Source: Eledone cirrhosa | Lineage: Eukaryota | Length of the DNA: 64,000 nucleotides | Assembly (NCBI GenBank): GCA_964016885.1 | Contig: OZ024740.1 | Coordinates: 437,596,001 to 437,660,000 of the forward strand | Reading direction: 5' to 3' | Shown here: piece by piece, positions 62,010 through 64,000 of the stretch | Position numbering within the stretch: the stretch's first letter is position 1 | Layout: each line of letters starts with the position of its first letter | Translations under genes and position numbers: made by a program | Notes under the pieces: model-generated | The model's input: only the letters and a program-made list of their open reading frames with translations | What the model was told of the DNA's origin: nothing | Databases searched by the model: none

Positions 62010-63095
62010 GGCTAACACACGGGGCCCCAGTGGACAGAATGGAGAAGGCGCTTCCCCGGAAGAAGGTAAGGGTGATGGGCTGGAAGAGCCATTCCATCTC
62101 GCGAGGCTCACACTTGCGGCTAGGCAGCTCAGCACCTATGGTGATGAGTAGGAAGGTAGCCCTAGGGCCAAGGACACCAGAAGTCTCCACCGCCAAGGGC
62201 ATAACCGCAAACCTGTCAGAACGACCGATACTTGGAGAGTTTGGCCTCCTCAGCCAGAAGTGCAACAGAACCAGGGTGAGTCGCAGACTACACCAGGTTG
62301 TGGCTGGAGAAAGTGTTGCTGTAAGTGAAATCCCAGACGAGGGATTTGCCACCACAGAACGGGAAGGTGGTCATACCATCTGGCCTTTTTGCCATCCCCT
62401 CGGTCCAGCCCCACCAGCTTGAGCTGAGAGTGGAAGCCTGCAGCATCCAAGCCATGCTTTATGACCTCGTTGAGGGCAGCATGGCGTGGAAGGCAGCCGG
62501 CACTGTAGCGGGTGGAGGTCAAAAGAGTCGACAGTGGACCCGCAGCAACATTTGTGTGGCTCGCAGATCTGGAGCCCAAGCCTCAGGGAAACCCTGATGC
62601 ACAGTCGATCATTGTCCAGCTGCATGCCAGTGTTGAAGGAGGGTAAGACAGGAAGCCAGGCACCACTGTGGGGTTGTGAGGCTATGCAAAAGCATACAAG
62701 GCGGTGTTGGCCAAGCTGCCACACTAGCCTGTCTGAGGCCAGGTTGCACTGGATGGCATCCCAAATACTCTGAGGGGGACTTGACATCAGCAGGGGGAGA
62801 AGGAAGAGGGACGTCTACCCAGCTAGGTCCTAGCCAGTTCCATGTCTTGCAGGTGACCTCAAGTTCCTCGATCACAGTGGGTTCCATTGTGTTTATGAGA
62901 ACCCTGTTGACGAGGACACGGCATGAGGTTACCAATGAAAGAAACACCAACAAAGCCAGCGAGATCGAGGACCAGAGGCCAAGGCCACCATATCTAACTG
63001 GTAAGGTGGCCTGTTGCCATCCAATGTCGTTGAACCTGACATTGCGTATTTCCTCAGCTGCCACTCAGATACAAGTGTCGAGCTCAGTATCTGAC
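62010..63095 (-). pseudogene. Decayed CRE-clade non-LTR retrotransposon C-terminus (thumb, Zn knuckle, restriction-like endonuclease)
   Basis: WQQATLPVRYGGLGL; SGAWL..LP..LRLG..C.CG..H..C; RHAALNEVI; GLDRGDGK-RPDGMT; WDFT; PLAVETSG; LFQ.I...RG.A. These are spread over several frames. Confidence 0.85.
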
Positions 63096-64000
63096 TAAAT
63101 CTCTTTAAATTCATTATTTTCAAAATGATTTGAAAAACGCAACTGACTTACACACCAGGTGGCAGCATAGAGAAGCTCATTGTTCACCTCCAAGAAGCAA
63201 ATTTATAAACATCAAGCCTACAAAAATTGCAGCTGGTCATGGGCAAAGCTTCAGTGTTACTGTCAACTTTTACCTTCTAAAAATATATTCTATAATCCAT
63301 ACATACCACTGTGTCCGCCACCAGACTCTCTAGCCTAAATCAGACAGCAATTCATTGCATACTCCTGTATTGGTATAAAAGTTGTTAGATGTCAGTAGAA
63401 GTTCTCCGCATGTCTTCTAGCCATATTCCTCTTCAGATGGTGCGCTCTGCTGCTAAGTAATAAAAACTTATCTACAATGCAGTTAAATTTATTTTTTCAC
63501 AGTAATATTTTGATGTAGAAATATCTTTGTCTGTGAAACTACCCCTAGTTCGATTATTACTAAACTATATATTTCAAAATGTTTGTCTAAGACACTTTCC
63601 TCATAACTTTATGTAAGAACCTTTGTTATGTTCCAAACACTATCTTAGTAATGAAGAAGTTAGTTATATTACTGAATCCCTCCAAATTCTTGATTATTTT
63701 CCAAATGATTTTTAAATAATGAGCAGTGGTCTTCATTAGAAATATTGCTATGAAAAGATTAAGAAACCAAAAGAAAACAAAATATTTTTTAAATCCATGG
63801 CCAAATAAACTCAATCATAAAGAGTCAAAGTGGGATCACATCTTTTAAGATGTGGTCCCACTTTGGACACAATTGTCTCTCTTTGTCTGCAAATTTCAAT
63901 CAATGCTGGTTCTAGTAAAATTGGTAAAGTTAGGCTCCAATTTAGCCTGGTTGATAGCCACTGAAAGCAGAAGAAAGTATTTTTGGAGGATTTCTGCCCT

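Noticed and set aside
63100-64000. Decayed transposase on the minus strand
   Set aside because: It has many stops and no motif I can name.

Overview
This is AT-rich eukaryotic DNA with no prokaryotic genes and no host protein-coding exon that I can support. The mix of (TA)n/(CA)n arrays, RTE-type LINEs with (GAT)n tails and tRNA-CORE and Meta-type SINEs resembles an octopus or other coleoid genome (inference). Most of the window is retroelement debris nested in microsatellites. It contains three related RTE families (called A, B and C here); A and C show a PHD-type C4HC3 finger inside the RT. It also has one apparently complete two-ORF CR1-group LINE (36791-40856, minus strand), a decayed BovB-like RTE, an Expander/Rex3-like remnant, a CRE-clade (RLE) remnant, Penelope-like pieces with hammerhead motifs, two main SINE families, a hAT MITE and several minisatellites. 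Most notable: (i) the PHD finger inserted in the RTE reverse transcriptase; (ii) an in-frame U_UUU_UUA slippery heptamer in the ORF1/ORF2 overlap of the intact LINE, whose ORF2 has no AUG before the endonuclease; (iii) 3'-module swapping between RTE-A, RTE-C and the main SINE; (iv) shared (TA)n insertion sites across unrelated element classes; (v) short head-to-head hammerhead hairpins followed by a conserved motif. Family names come from recalled motifs, not database searches. Most ORFs in the supplied track are microsatellite or antisense artefacts.
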